Part shown: piece by piece, positions 28,020 through 38,303 of the stretch | How positions within the stretch are numbered: the first letter of the stretch is position 1 | Layout of the letters: each line of letters opens with the position of its first letter | Source: Planctomycetota bacterium | GTDB lineage: Bacteria > Planctomycetota > Planctomycetia > Pirellulales > Lacipirellulaceae | NCBI GenBank assembly: GCA_039190745.1 | Contig: JBCCXZ010000003.1 | Location: 32,001 to 96,000 of the forward strand | Length of the DNA stretch: 64,000 bases | Direction of reading: 5' to 3' | The notes under the pieces: generated by a model | Database searches by the model: none | What the model was told of the DNA's origin: nothing | The model's input: only the letters and a program-made list of their open reading frames with translations | Translations under genes and position numbers: made by a program

Positions 28020-28853
28020 TCAGTCCGGCCATTCTCCAGAAAAGACCTCCACTGCGGGGCCAGTCATATACACGTGATTGTCTTCGTGCCAATTCAGGCG
28101 TAACGTGCCGCCTGGTAGGTGAACGTCGATCGCACGTTCGGTCCGGCCGGTGAGCGCCCCAGCGACGCAGACCGCCGCGGCGCCGGTGCCGCAGGCAAGC
28201 GTCTCGCCCGACCCGCGCTCCCAAGTGCGCTGATTGACCGATGCGCGGTCGACGACCTTTACAAACTCGACGTTAGTCCGATTCGGGAAACGCGCGTCGT
28301 GCTCGATAGCCGGGCCTGTGACCTGCACGTCCTGGTCGGTAACGTCGGGCAGGAAAACGACGCAGTGCGGATTTCCCATCGACACGCAGGTGACCTTTAA
28401 CGAACGCTCACCCAGGACGAAAGGGGCGTCCACAACGGGGTTGCGTTCGATGGTGGTCGGGATTTCCGCCGGCGTCAGGGTGGGCTCGCCCATGTCGACG
28501 CGGACGCTCTCGACCTTTCCGTTTTGGGTCTCGACCCGCAAGTCGTAGGGCACTCCCGCCGAGACGATCGTGAGGCTTTCTTGCTGTGCAATGCCGTGGT
28601 CGTGCACGTACTTTGCGACACAACGGATGCCGTTGCCGCACATCTCCGACGGGCTGCCGTCTGCGTTGTACATCCGCATCTCGGCGTCGCCATCAGGGGT
28701 GGGTGCGATCAAGATGAGGCCGTCCCCGCCCACGCCGTAGTGGCGATCGGCGATCTGTTTGGCCAACGCGGAGGCGTCTTCAGGGAGCGGCTGGGCGAAG
28801 CAGTCGACGTAGACGTAATCGTTGCCGGCGCCGTGCATCTTCGTGAATTGCAT
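28020..28853 (-). CDS. dapF: Diaminopimelate epimerase
   Basis: FTKMHGAGND, NADGS...MCGNG, ERGSGETLACGTG. Confidence 0.97.
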   Translation of the reverse strand: MQFTKMHGAGNDYVYVDCFAQPLPEDASALAKQIADRHYGVGGDGLILIAPTPDGDAEMRMYNADGSPSEMCGNGIRCVAKYVHDHGIAQQESLTIVSAGVPYDLRVETQNGKVESVRVDMGEPTLTPAEIPTTIERNPVVDAPFVLGERSLKVTCVSMGNPHCVVFLPDVTDQDVQVTGPAIEHDARFPNRTNVEFVKVVDRASVNQRTWERGSGETLACGTGAAAVCVAGALTGRTERAIDVHLPGGTLRLNWHEDNHVYMTGPAVEVFSGEWPD

Positions 28854-28876
28854 CCGTGATTCCCTCTACGCAGGAA

Positions 28877-29218
28877 CTAGCCGGTCAGGTCGAGCCCGTT
28901 TCCACAGTTGCCGGTTGGGTCTTTGGGGCGCGGGCGTTCGGCGGTTCGCTGTCCCGCAGCCTCTTCGTCTTCCTGGTTCTGCTCACCGTGGCCGGCGGGG
29001 TTTTCCCAGAGCCGTCGGCCGTCGGCGTCGCGGTCAGAGGACTGTTGGTCTTCCTCGGTCTGGCCAATGCCGGCCGCCTTGTCTGCTTGTTGGTCGGTGT
29101 CTGCTTTACGCTCTTGGGAACGGGCCTCTGAAGCGCGTTCTGGTTCGCTGCTGGCCTGCTGGGGCAGCGGAGCTCCCGCGGCACTGCCGACGACTCCGCT
29201 GAATGGACCGACACTCAT
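28877..29218 (-). CDS. Small hypothetical protein
   Basis: GGAG SD-like upstream; DRDADGRRLWE...DPTG...LDLTG. Confidence 0.65.
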   Translation of the reverse strand: MSVGPFSGVVGSAAGAPLPQQASSEPERASEARSQERKADTDQQADKAAGIGQTEEDQQSSDRDADGRRLWENPAGHGEQNQEDEEAAGQRTAERPRPKDPTGNCGNGLDLTG

Positions 29219-29266
29219 GATACGTCTCCCGGTGATGGGTGAGAACGGTGCTCCGAGGTGCGGCTG

Positions 29267-32200
29267 CTAACGTCGGCCGAAACGCGGTGAGGTCGGCAGG
29301 CTCCGGCCTGCGTTGCGCGGATCGGCGATCGCTGGTGCTTGGGCGTTGGTCTGGAATTGCTCGATCAGGTCGTAGAACCCCGGGAATGCCTGGGTGGCGA
29401 CCTGGGGATTGCTCACGGTACCGCTGACGTACATCCGGAGGATGCCCTGTCCGGGGCCGCCGAGGACGTTCGTCCAGAAAGGCAAGCGCCGGTCGTCTCG
29501 GCCAACCGTGCCGCGGAATTCGAGATTGAGCTGCTCGTCGAGGTTGGTGTAGCCGCTGCCGTACAGTTGGACCGCGTCGCCGAGGAAGTTGAGCTGCTCC
29601 AAGACGATGTGCTTGCCGGTCATGCGGAAGTTGGCGTCGACTTCGTTGAAGGCCGTGGCGTCTGGAGTTTTGCTGCGTAGCACCTTGAGCAGGCTAACGA
29701 GCAGGGGGAGTTCGTAGATATTGGCGTCTCGGACCTTGACCACTCCTTCGCCCCGGAGGGTCGTCAGGCTCGCACCGGTGCCCTTGAGATCAATCTCGGC
29801 GTCGACCTTGCCGACGTAGCTCTGCTGGCTCGAGAAGCGTTCGATCATCAGACGCTGGAGATCGACGCCGCGGCACTCGATCTCGCAGAGGTACTTTGGC
29901 GCGGACTGCAGCACCACCGTGCCACTGAGACCGACGCTACCCCCGTAGGAGGTTGCCAAGATAGGGCGGGGCGTCCGGCCGGGCCGGATGGCGTTGCGGC
30001 CGAGCCAACACGTGTTCGCGTCGACGACGAACGGCCCCGACACGCTGGTGAGCTGGGTGTCGCGGACGGTGACGGTTTCCAGGTTTAGTTCCCCGGCGGT
30101 GTATTGCTGCCGGCCGTGCTCGCCAAACAGGCGTACCGAACCGTGGCAGTTCCTGAGTTCTACGCCTGCAGTGATATTGGCTTGGTGACAGTCGAGCGAC
30201 ACGTCCCAGGATGAGATGACAGACGCACGCGGCCCAGCGGCCTTCGAAAAGCGGAGCACGCCGTTATGCAATCCGAAGCCACCACTTGGCCGCATTGAGT
30301 ACACAATCCTTCGCAGGGTCTCCGGGGAGGCGTCCAGTAAGTCGTCAGAAGGCGAGAGCCGGTCTGCGGTCAGGCCTTCGAGCTGAACAGACCACCGCCC
30401 GTCGGGGGCAAACTCGCAAAGGCCGTTGGTGCGGAATTTGGTCGGGCCGTGCGCGGCGCGGACTTCTTTGAGCTGCACAACGCCGTCGCTGTACTCGATG
30501 TTCCCCTCGACTCGACTGAAATCGTAAGGGAAGAAGTTAGGGCGGAACGACGCGGTTTCGGGGTTCGGCGAGACCGCAACACTGATGGTCGGTACGTGGA
30601 CGCCCGGGGGGCGACGGACGATCGCGGTGAAGTCGGCGTTGCCGCGAGGGTTCAGCTCGGCCCAAGCACGCCGCTCCGATTCTGGAAGTGCTCGCTGCAA
30701 ATCGCGGTCGAACGGTAGATTGCGCCCCTGGAAGTTCAACACCAGGTCGTGGCCGCCGGGGGTCTTGGTGAGCCTGCCGCTGCATTGAACAGCCTTGGCC
30801 CCGCTCGAAACGATGTCGCTGAACGTCCAGTTCCCGTCGACAGACGAGATAACCCCTGTCACTCCGGAGACCGGGTAGGGGAACTTCTCGTAATTGAGAG
30901 CCCCGTCGACGATCTCCAACCGCAAGCGGTGGGAGAATTTCCCGCCGGGTTCCGTCCGTTCGACTTGGCAGGCGACGTCCATTGTTCCGGAGGTGTGCAT
31001 CGACCGGATGACCTCACGGGCGTGTGCGTTCTGGATCGCATCCACCATGCGCGGCTCGACTTGTAGGCCGTTGCCGGTGATGTTGACGCCGCCGTAGGAA
31101 AGGGGGCCCGGGTTGAAGATCCGGCCCGCGATGCGAATCGGGCGTCCTCCCCCATACCCGGTAATATCAATATCCAGCAGGGGAGGCAGAGTCTCGTCGG
31201 GCTGGTGCAGGTGGAGGGTTCCGGCGCCGTCTTTCAGTCTGTAGGCGTACTTGTCTGACTCGAACGCGAGTTCGCTTCCCCGCAGAGTGATGTCGGGGCG
31301 GAGCCCGGTTCGATCGATCGTGATGTCTGCCGTAGCTTCGACCCTTCCCTCAGGTCGATACTTGTTCCACAGCTTCAGCAACTGATTGGGCAGAGAAGCC
31401 CGCAGGCGCTCGTCGAGCGGCAGTTGCTCGACCGCGGCACGGATCTCGATCGGCGCGTTGGAGGTCCACCCGTCTCGGCGGGCCGACAGTCGGACAGGGG
31501 CCGCACCGAGCATCCCGGTAGCGTTCTCAAGTTCTAGGCCGCTTGTCCGGCACGAAACGCGCCCCGCGATCGAGGTCATGTCACGGGGCAGTCTCGGGTG
31601 ACGGAGTTGCCCGTTTTCCACGGTCAGGCGCGCGATGGCCTGGGGAGGCTCGAACCCGAACAGCGCACCGTTGAATGAGAATTCCCCGTCAACACGGCCT
31701 CGAAAATCGGTCTCACCCATGCTGCCGCCGGCGTAGGACGCGAGCCAGCCGGAGAGTTCGTCGGAGACCTGCAGCGCCTCGAAACGACCTGCAAGCGTCG
31801 CTGAGAATTCGGCGGGGTTTATCACCGCGGCGAACTCGGCTCCCCGGAGATCGATCCCTGCGGTGAAACCAGAGACCTGGATAGCCCCGTCGCGCGGCGG
31901 AGCAGGCGCAGGCCCGGTGATTTCACAAAGTTGTGGAAACTGTTCGATCATCCGATGGACAGTGTCGCTCTCAACCGGGCTGACGCGGAAGCTGACGTCG
32001 CGGAGGACGAGCGGTGAGAGCTGAGGCCGGCCGTTATCGGCGATCGTGACGGTAGCTTTGTGAACCGCCAGCGGGGGCGGGGGCCCTTCCGATTGGGGAA
32101 GTGGCCAGAACGATTCGAGATTCCACGTGCCGTCGCCGCGTTTGTTCACCCAAAGTTGGGGGTGGCGAACGGAGATGGAGGTAATCTTGGGCGGACCGGC

Positions 32201-32506
32201 AACCAATTCGGCCAGATCGAGCCGGCAGGCGACCCGCACTTCTTCCACTAGCAGAAGGTTCTCCTGCCGTCCGCTGGCTGCCGTTTCGGAGACGTTCAGG
32301 TTGTAGAGTTCGACGCCTTCTTCGGGAATCCATCGTGCCCCGCCAACGCTGACGTTCAAGTTGGGGAACTTCTCCGTCAGCATCGCTTCGACCCGCAGCC
32401 GGATCTGTTCGTCCGCGCTTGAGTAGATGTAGACACCCACGGCCGTAGCGGTCACTGCGCATATTCCGAGCGACAGCTTAAAGAACCACCAGCAGGTGTT
32501 GATCAA
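29267..32506 (-). CDS. AsmA-like large envelope protein
   Basis: N-terminal TM anchor, 1079 aa beta-rich, C-terminal GSGYTNLDEQLNL...VSGTVSNP. Confidence 0.75.
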   Translation of the reverse strand: MINTCWWFFKLSLGICAVTATAVGVYIYSSADEQIRLRVEAMLTEKFPNLNVSVGGARWIPEEGVELYNLNVSETAASGRQENLLLVEEVRVACRLDLAELVAGPPKITSISVRHPQLWVNKRGDGTWNLESFWPLPQSEGPPPPLAVHKATVTIADNGRPQLSPLVLRDVSFRVSPVESDTVHRMIEQFPQLCEITGPAPAPPRDGAIQVSGFTAGIDLRGAEFAAVINPAEFSATLAGRFEALQVSDELSGWLASYAGGSMGETDFRGRVDGEFSFNGALFGFEPPQAIARLTVENGQLRHPRLPRDMTSIAGRVSCRTSGLELENATGMLGAAPVRLSARRDGWTSNAPIEIRAAVEQLPLDERLRASLPNQLLKLWNKYRPEGRVEATADITIDRTGLRPDITLRGSELAFESDKYAYRLKDGAGTLHLHQPDETLPPLLDIDITGYGGGRPIRIAGRIFNPGPLSYGGVNITGNGLQVEPRMVDAIQNAHAREVIRSMHTSGTMDVACQVERTEPGGKFSHRLRLEIVDGALNYEKFPYPVSGVTGVISSVDGNWTFSDIVSSGAKAVQCSGRLTKTPGGHDLVLNFQGRNLPFDRDLQRALPESERRAWAELNPRGNADFTAIVRRPPGVHVPTISVAVSPNPETASFRPNFFPYDFSRVEGNIEYSDGVVQLKEVRAAHGPTKFRTNGLCEFAPDGRWSVQLEGLTADRLSPSDDLLDASPETLRRIVYSMRPSGGFGLHNGVLRFSKAAGPRASVISSWDVSLDCHQANITAGVELRNCHGSVRLFGEHGRQQYTAGELNLETVTVRDTQLTSVSGPFVVDANTCWLGRNAIRPGRTPRPILATSYGGSVGLSGTVVLQSAPKYLCEIECRGVDLQRLMIERFSSQQSYVGKVDAEIDLKGTGASLTTLRGEGVVKVRDANIYELPLLVSLLKVLRSKTPDATAFNEVDANFRMTGKHIVLEQLNFLGDAVQLYGSGYTNLDEQLNLEFRGTVGRDDRRLPFWTNVLGGPGQGILRMYVSGTVSNPQVATQAFPGFYDLIEQFQTNAQAPAIADPRNAGRSLPTSPRFGRR

Positions 32507-32672
32507 CCGAACGATGGCCGTTTGGTTCCGTGGCTCGTAGGCGGCGGTGTTTCTACCCTGGGCGTACGATCTGCGCAGCCCGGGCGCAGGGGCGCTTGGG
32601 GGGCGGATCGTAGGAGCGGTGGTGCGCGACGGTCAAGGCGTGGTGCGACCGCTTGCCCGAATGCCGGCAGTG

Positions 32673-33695
32673 CTAGCCCGAGCCCGCACTTACGATAAGC
32701 CGATTGCCCTCCACGCTGGCCTTGTAGCCTCCCGGCAGGGTTATGGGCCGTTCGTCTCGCTGCCGCCCTTGGAGAGCTAACTCGCACCACCATCGCCGAG
32801 TCATGCCCTGCTCGCCGAGGCCGGCTTCACGCCACGCCAATCGTAGCGTTTCACGAGCCAACGGTTCGTCCGCTTCGTTCAATGGACCGACAGCCAACGA
32901 GAATCCGCTCTTGGAGCAAGACAGCTCGCAGAGTGCTAGCAGTTCTTCCGCAAGGCTCTCGATGACCGCCTGCGTCTCACGACACTGCTCAGCCAACCGG
33001 CGGAGCGCATCGGAAGCATCTGGGAAGACGGTTTCTAGCTTCGGCAGCCACTCGTGGCGGATGAGGTTTCGACGGAAGCCGAGATCGTTGTTGGTTTCGT
33101 CCCTTCGGTATTCCTGGCCGACCTCGGCGAGATACGAAAGGATCGCTTTCCTAGAGCACGCCAGTAGCGGCCGGACCACCGACACACTTGGGGTGAGCGG
33201 GCGTGTGAATGGTATCCCCGCCGCTCCGCGCAGCCCTGCGCCGCGCAGGATGCGGAGCAAGACCGTTTCCGCCTGGTCGTCGGCGGTGTGGCCTGCGGCG
33301 AGGTAGCGGGCTCCAAGCTTCTCGCACGCCTCTCCAAGGAGATGGTAACGGATTCGCCGGGAGTAGGCTTCCATGCCGTCCGTTAGGTCCGAGCCTCTCG
33401 CACTTTGGCGAGGCTTGAGCACATGCGGCTCGATTCCAAGAGACTCGCATTCCTGGACGACCCATTCTGCATCTGCTGCGGCCGCCTCACCGCGGAGTTG
33501 ATGGTCGACGTGGAGGGCGTACAAGCGGCCTCTGTCGTCGAGTGTGCGGTGAATCGCGTCAAGGCACCGCAAGAGGGCCATGCTGTCGGCCCCGCCGGAG
33601 ACCGCCACCCCCACATGTAAAGGCCCCCATGCGGGTGGAGGCCAAGCGGAGCGTACCACTGAAACTACGTGTGATGGGTCGGTGGCGTCAGTCAT
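32673..33695 (-). CDS. tilS: tRNA(Ile)-lysidine synthetase (short form)
   Basis: AVSGGADS PP-loop, HVDHQLR, HTADDQAET, RPLL, DETN...RN. Confidence 0.93.
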   Translation of the reverse strand: MTDATDPSHVVSVVRSAWPPPAWGPLHVGVAVSGGADSMALLRCLDAIHRTLDDRGRLYALHVDHQLRGEAAAADAEWVVQECESLGIEPHVLKPRQSARGSDLTDGMEAYSRRIRYHLLGEACEKLGARYLAAGHTADDQAETVLLRILRGAGLRGAAGIPFTRPLTPSVSVVRPLLACSRKAILSYLAEVGQEYRRDETNNDLGFRRNLIRHEWLPKLETVFPDASDALRRLAEQCRETQAVIESLAEELLALCELSCSKSGFSLAVGPLNEADEPLARETLRLAWREAGLGEQGMTRRWWCELALQGRQRDERPITLPGGYKASVEGNRLIVSAGSG

Positions 33696-34320
33696 GTCAC
33701 CACGAGCCTAATAGAGCGAAGGCTTCTGAGCATCGCCGTTAGTCTCCAGCTAATCGGTAAGGACGCACAGACCAGATCGCGGTGCTTGTTCCGGCTTCGT
33801 AGAAGCTGTATATATGAAGGATGCGCAAAGGTGAGTACTCCCGGCGTGTTTGGAGGCTCATGCTGTGCGGTTTTTTACACAGATTACGCCTCCTGCACGG
33901 GTCGATCGAGTCGGCTTGGCGGAACGGCGTGGCACTCGACGCTCGGCTCACTCGGAGAGGCGGCGGCGGGGTTCGCAGAGCCTCTGGGCGTGCGATTCAC
34001 TCATGTTTGTCTGCTCGTTGATCATCTGGTTTTTACTCTTGGGACGCGGGGCTGCTGCGCTTGCAGCGAAGCTTGCTTCCGTCTTACTGGACCAAGCGAC
34101 GAAGCCGAACGCCGCATTACGGGTGTGGTGGACGCTCTCTGGCGGACGCCGCCTAGCGGGCTCGGTTTCCGAAATCAGGCGGGGACCACCGCCCGGCTTG
34201 CCTTCAGCGTGTTGGGGGCGGCCGTTGCCGCTTCTGAAGCACGTCGATGAGTTTTGCCCACAGCGGCAACCATTGATCTTCTTGCTGAGCCTAACGGTTC
34301 ACGGCACTCAAGCGGTTGTG

Positions 34321-34490
34321 TCTCGGTGCGTCCCGGCGGCCTGGTCCCCAGGCCTTGCCTGACGCCATGGGTCCGCACTCGGTTGCCGATGGCAACCGAA
34401 GCTAGCCACGCTTGTTCTGCCGAATCTAGACGACGCCGAGACCCTGGCCAGGAGGCCAACCATCGGCATCTGGCTCCGGCCGCACCGAGA
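34321..34490 (+). ncRNA. Candidate structured RNA upstream of rny (6S-like or leader)
   Basis: TCTCGGTGCG (34321-34330) pairs perfectly with CGCACCGAGA (34481-34490); internal hairpins at 34338-34354 and 34380-34398. Confidence 0.35.
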
Positions 34491-34500
34491 AGGAACGGGC

Positions 34501-36105
34501 ATGGCTACAACACTCTTTGCTGGTACGAGCCTCATCGGCTTGCCTCCCCTGGCCGCGACCGAATTTTGGCAGATCCTTGTCTTCCTAGCCGCGGCACTCA
34601 TGGGCGGCGGAGCCGTGAAGTTGCTCGACCGGCTCCGCCAACGCGACGCTGAGAAGGAAGCCCGCCTTATCATCGAGCGTGGGCAGATCGAAGCCGACTC
34701 CGTGCGGAAGGACGCCGCGGTTGAGGCGAAAGAGGCCGCGTTCCAGCTCAAGTCACAAGTGGAAGAGGACAACAACAAAGTCCGCGGAGAGCTGCATGAG
34801 CGGGAGCGCAAGCTCGATAAACAATCAGACGCGCTCCTCCAGCGTGAGGAACAGTTGGAGAAGCGCGAGAAGATGGTTGAGAACAACCAACGCCGCCTCA
34901 AAGAGAAACTAGAGGACGCGGGGCAGAGGCAGAAGGAACTCGACGACCTGCTGGACCTCCAGCGGCAGACGATGCACCAGCTCAGCGGGCTCGGACCGGA
35001 AGAGGCCGAGGCCAAGCTGCTAGAGCGCCTGGAGAAGGAGTTGGTTAAGGAGCAGGGCGCCGTGATCATGCGGTTCGATCGGTCAATCGAGGAAAAGTGC
35101 GATGCGAAAGCGAAAGAGTTAATCATCACCTCCCTGCAGCGATTCGCCGCGGCCCATACCGCCGAGTCGACCACGAGCACGGTCGACATCCCGAACGACG
35201 ACATGAAGGGCCGCATCATCGGCCGAGAGGGCCGCAACATCCGGGCGATCGAGAAAGCAACTGGTGTGGACGTCATTATCGATGACACTCCAGGAGTTGT
35301 GATCGTCAGCGCTTTCGACCCCGTCCGCCGGGAAATAGCCCGGGTAGCGTTGACGCAGCTGATCGCGGACGGTCGGATCCATCCTTCCCGCATCGAAGAG
35401 ATCGTCACCGAGACGGAGAGCAAGATCGCGAAAGAGATCCGCAAGCACGGCGAAGAAGCCATGCAAGAGGCGAACGTGTTCGGCCTGCACGAGAAGGTGG
35501 TCGATCTCTTGGGCCGGCTGTGGTACCGCACGAGCTACAGCCAGAACGTCCTGAGACACTCGATCGAAGTTTCCTTCATCACGAGTATGCTCGCCGAGGA
35601 GTTGGGCATGGACGTGGAGGTTGCCCGTCGTGCCGGTTTGCTGCACGACATCGGCAAGGCGGCCGACCACGATCAAGAGGGCGGGCACCCGAAGATCGGA
35701 GCCGACCTGCTCAAGCGCTACGGCGAGGGGCCCGAGGTCGTCCACGCAGCATTAGGACACCACGACGACATCCGCCCGGATATGCCGTACACGGTTCTCA
35801 CCGCGGCGGCCGACGCCTGCAGCGCGTCTCGGCCGGGCGCGCGTCGTGAGACCCTAGACAGGTACATCAAACGCATGCAGGAACTCGAGTCGATCGCCAC
35901 CGGGTTCGACGGGGTCTCTCAGGCCTTTGCTATTCAGGCCGGCCGAGAGGTTCGGGTGATCGCGAGTGCCAAGGACACCACAGATGAATCCTCTGCCAAG
36001 ATCTGTCGGGATATCGCCAAGGCGTTCGAGGAGCAGCTCACCTACCCAGGGGAGATCCGCGTGACCCTCATCCGAGAGACCCGCGTCACCGCCACCGCGC
36101 ACTAG
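34501..36105 (+). CDS. rny: Ribonuclease Y
   Basis: TM anchor, coiled coil, KH domain [16 protein letters not shown] domain [15 protein letters not shown]. Confidence 0.97.
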   Translation: MATTLFAGTSLIGLPPLAATEFWQILVFLAAALMGGGAVKLLDRLRQRDAEKEARLIIERGQIEADSVRKDAAVEAKEAAFQLKSQVEEDNNKVRGELHERERKLDKQSDALLQREEQLEKREKMVENNQRRLKEKLEDAGQRQKELDDLLDLQRQTMHQLSGLGPEEAEAKLLERLEKELVKEQGAVIMRFDRSIEEKCDAKAKELIITSLQRFAAAHTAESTTSTVDIPNDDMKGRIIGREGRNIRAIEKATGVDVIIDDTPGVVIVSAFDPVRREIARVALTQLIADGRIHPSRIEEIVTETESKIAKEIRKHGEEAMQEANVFGLHEKVVDLLGRLWYRTSYSQNVLRHSIEVSFITSMLAEELGMDVEVARRAGLLHDIGKAADHDQEGGHPKIGADLLKRYGEGPEVVHAALGHHDDIRPDMPYTVLTAAADACSASRPGARRETLDRYIKRMQELESIATGFDGVSQAFAIQAGREVRVIASAKDTTDESSAKICRDIAKAFEEQLTYPGEIRVTLIRETRVTATAH

Positions 36106-36146
36106 CCACTGCCCACACCCCCTCAACACCATCAATCGGGCCCGGG

Positions 36147-36956
36147 ATGCGTCTGCTTTTTATCGGAGACATTGTCGGCAAGCCGGGCCGCGACATCGTG
36201 GTGAAAGCAGCGCCGCGCCTGCGGGCAGCGCTGGGTCTCGACTTGATTGTCGCCAATGCCGAAAACGCGGCGGGCGGGTCTGGTCTGACTCCTGCAATCT
36301 ACCGCGACCTGATCGACGCCGGCGTCGACGCAGTAACGCTGGGCGACCACGTCTACCGACGGAAAGAAATCTACCCGATCCTGCGCAACGAAGAGCGGAT
36401 TGTCCGACCGGCGAACCTGCCGCCTGAGGCGGTTGGCAGCGAATGGGCGGTCGTCGAGGCCCGAGACGGGACACGCGTCGCGGTGTTCTGTCTGCTGGGT
36501 CAGCTGTTCATGAAACCGATGGACAACCCGTGGCGGGCAGCAGACCGAGTGCTGGCACAGCTCCCAACGGACGTCAGCGTGCGGTTTCTCGACTTCCACG
36601 TCGAGGCCACCAGTGAGGCACAACTCATGGGCAGGTACCTGGAAGGCAGGGTCTCTGCGGTCTTGGGCACGCACACCCACGTGGCGACCGCGGACGAACG
36701 TGTGCTTGAGGGCGGCACGGCTTTCCAGTGCGACGTTGGCATGACGGGACCTCACGACAGCATCCTCGGTCGCCGGGTCGACCGGGTCATGGAAACGCAG
36801 CTGACCGCGCACCCGACGCAGTTCGAGGTAGCGACCGGCGACGTGCAGCTGTGCGGCGCGATCGTCGACATCGACCCGGCTTCAGGCCGAGCCTTGGCCA
36901 TCGAGCGGGTCCGTTACTCTGCCGAGGAGATCAACGCGCTCCCCGCCGAGGCTTAG
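36147..36956 (+). CDS. ymdB: YmdB-like (TIGR00282) metallophosphoesterase
   Basis: IGDIVGKPG, NAENAAGG, DFHVEATSE, GTHTHV, DVGMTG; follows rny. Confidence 0.92.
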   Translation: MRLLFIGDIVGKPGRDIVVKAAPRLRAALGLDLIVANAENAAGGSGLTPAIYRDLIDAGVDAVTLGDHVYRRKEIYPILRNEERIVRPANLPPEAVGSEWAVVEARDGTRVAVFCLLGQLFMKPMDNPWRAADRVLAQLPTDVSVRFLDFHVEATSEAQLMGRYLEGRVSAVLGTHTHVATADERVLEGGTAFQCDVGMTGPHDSILGRRVDRVMETQLTAHPTQFEVATGDVQLCGAIVDIDPASGRALAIERVRYSAEEINALPAEA

Positions 36957-37005
36957 AAGATCGCGTCGCGAGCTAGCAAAGCAAGTTCTTCCTAGCGGAT
37001 CAGCC

Positions 37006-37503
37006 TTGCCCCAACCCCGAGCCGAAGATACTCTCCGCCCCGACTCCTCGCTGAGCGATCGAGTGAACCAGCAGCGGCCACCGCGACTCGTCAAACTGTC
37101 TGCTGGGCGGCGATCGATATTGTTGGTTGTTGCCGGGATAGGCTGGTGCCTGCTGGCGACCGCCTCGCGATTGGAACCCGACCCGCGTGGGTTCGGGACC
37201 CACGAACAACTGGGGCTCTCGCCTTGCTGGATTATCGCAAGAACCGGTCTGCCGTGCCCGACCTGCGGGATGACCACGTGCTGGTCTCTAGCGTCACGCG
37301 GGCGTTGGGCAGAGGCGGCGGCGTGCAATGGTGTTGGCTTGCTGGCCTTTCTCGCCACGGCGCTCGGTTCGTTTTCGGCGCTTGTGGCCTCGGCGTTAGG
37401 GCGAGGCCCGCAGATAAGCAAGCCGTTCGAGTTGGCTGCGGCCTGCGGGGGCGCGCTAGTGCTTGCGTTGGTGCTGGATTGGCTCCGTCGGCTAGCCGTG
37501 TAA
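37006..37503 (+). CDS. DUF2752 family membrane protein
   Basis: GTHEQLGLSPC...TGLPCPTCGMTT; start uncertain. Confidence 0.8.
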   Translation: MPQPRAEDTLRPDSSLSDRVNQQRPPRLVKLSAGRRSILLVVAGIGWCLLATASRLEPDPRGFGTHEQLGLSPCWIIARTGLPCPTCGMTTCWSLASRGRWAEAAACNGVGLLAFLATALGSFSALVASALGRGPQISKPFELAAACGGALVLALVLDWLRRLAV

Positions 37504-37581
37504 TGAGCCACAGCCCGGCCGCGATGGGTTGAAGAAGCAGCGTCAAAGAAACTGAGAACCTCGGGACAAGGAAGATCCGGG

Positions 37582-38283
37582 ATGAGAAGCGAACGTAATC
37601 CGCGTCAAGGATGCACCTTTGGCAATGCCGCCGCGCGATCACATCGGGCTTGCGTCGGTCTCCTGCTCGCCGCCGCTTGCGTGACGAGCACAGGGTGCCT
37701 GCACAGCATCGTCGCTACGGGCATCTATCTCTGGCAGGGCGGCAATATCGTCCCGGCCGAGTGCCTCGACCTGGAAGAGCACCGAGTCGTTGTCATCTGC
37801 CGCCCGCCTTCTTCGCACGAGTATCGGCACGCCGGCGCCGCGCGGGCTATCGGCAAGCAGGTCAGCCGACTCCTTGAGCAGAACGTCCCGGGCATCGACG
37901 TGGTCAGCCCGCGTGAAGTCGACAACTGGATCGACGAGCAGGACTGGGACAATTACAAAGACTTGGCTCGTTCAGTCGAAGCGGAGCGGATCCTGTACAT
38001 CGAGCTCGACGGGTTCGAACTGTACAAAGGTAAGACCCTGTATCAGGGCGACGCGATCGTGACAATTTCAGTCTACGACATGAACGACCGCGGCCGATTG
38101 ATCTGGGACCGCAACCTTGGACAAGTCCTCTTCCCGCGGAACAGCGGCGTCCCGGTTCAGGACAAACCAATCGGCCAATTCCAGAACCAGTTTGTCGAGG
38201 TGGTCGCCAGCGAGATCGGCCGTCACTTCTACGAGCACGACCCGAACGCGACGTTCGCGCTGGACGCGATCGCCAATCAGTAG
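37582..38283 (+). CDS. Hypothetical lipoprotein
   Basis: Hydrophobic stretch ending STGC; typical codon usage. Confidence 0.75.
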   Translation: MRSERNPRQGCTFGNAAARSHRACVGLLLAAACVTSTGCLHSIVATGIYLWQGGNIVPAECLDLEEHRVVVICRPPSSHEYRHAGAARAIGKQVSRLLEQNVPGIDVVSPREVDNWIDEQDWDNYKDLARSVEAERILYIELDGFELYKGKTLYQGDAIVTISVYDMNDRGRLIWDRNLGQVLFPRNSGVPVQDKPIGQFQNQFVEVVASEIGRHFYEHDPNATFALDAIANQ

Positions 38284-38303
38284 TGGGGCGCCGCGCGTCT
38301 CTG

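Noticed and set aside
33739..34362. ORFs in the tilS-rny gap
   Set aside because: No motifs and atypical composition; more likely a divergent promoter/leader region
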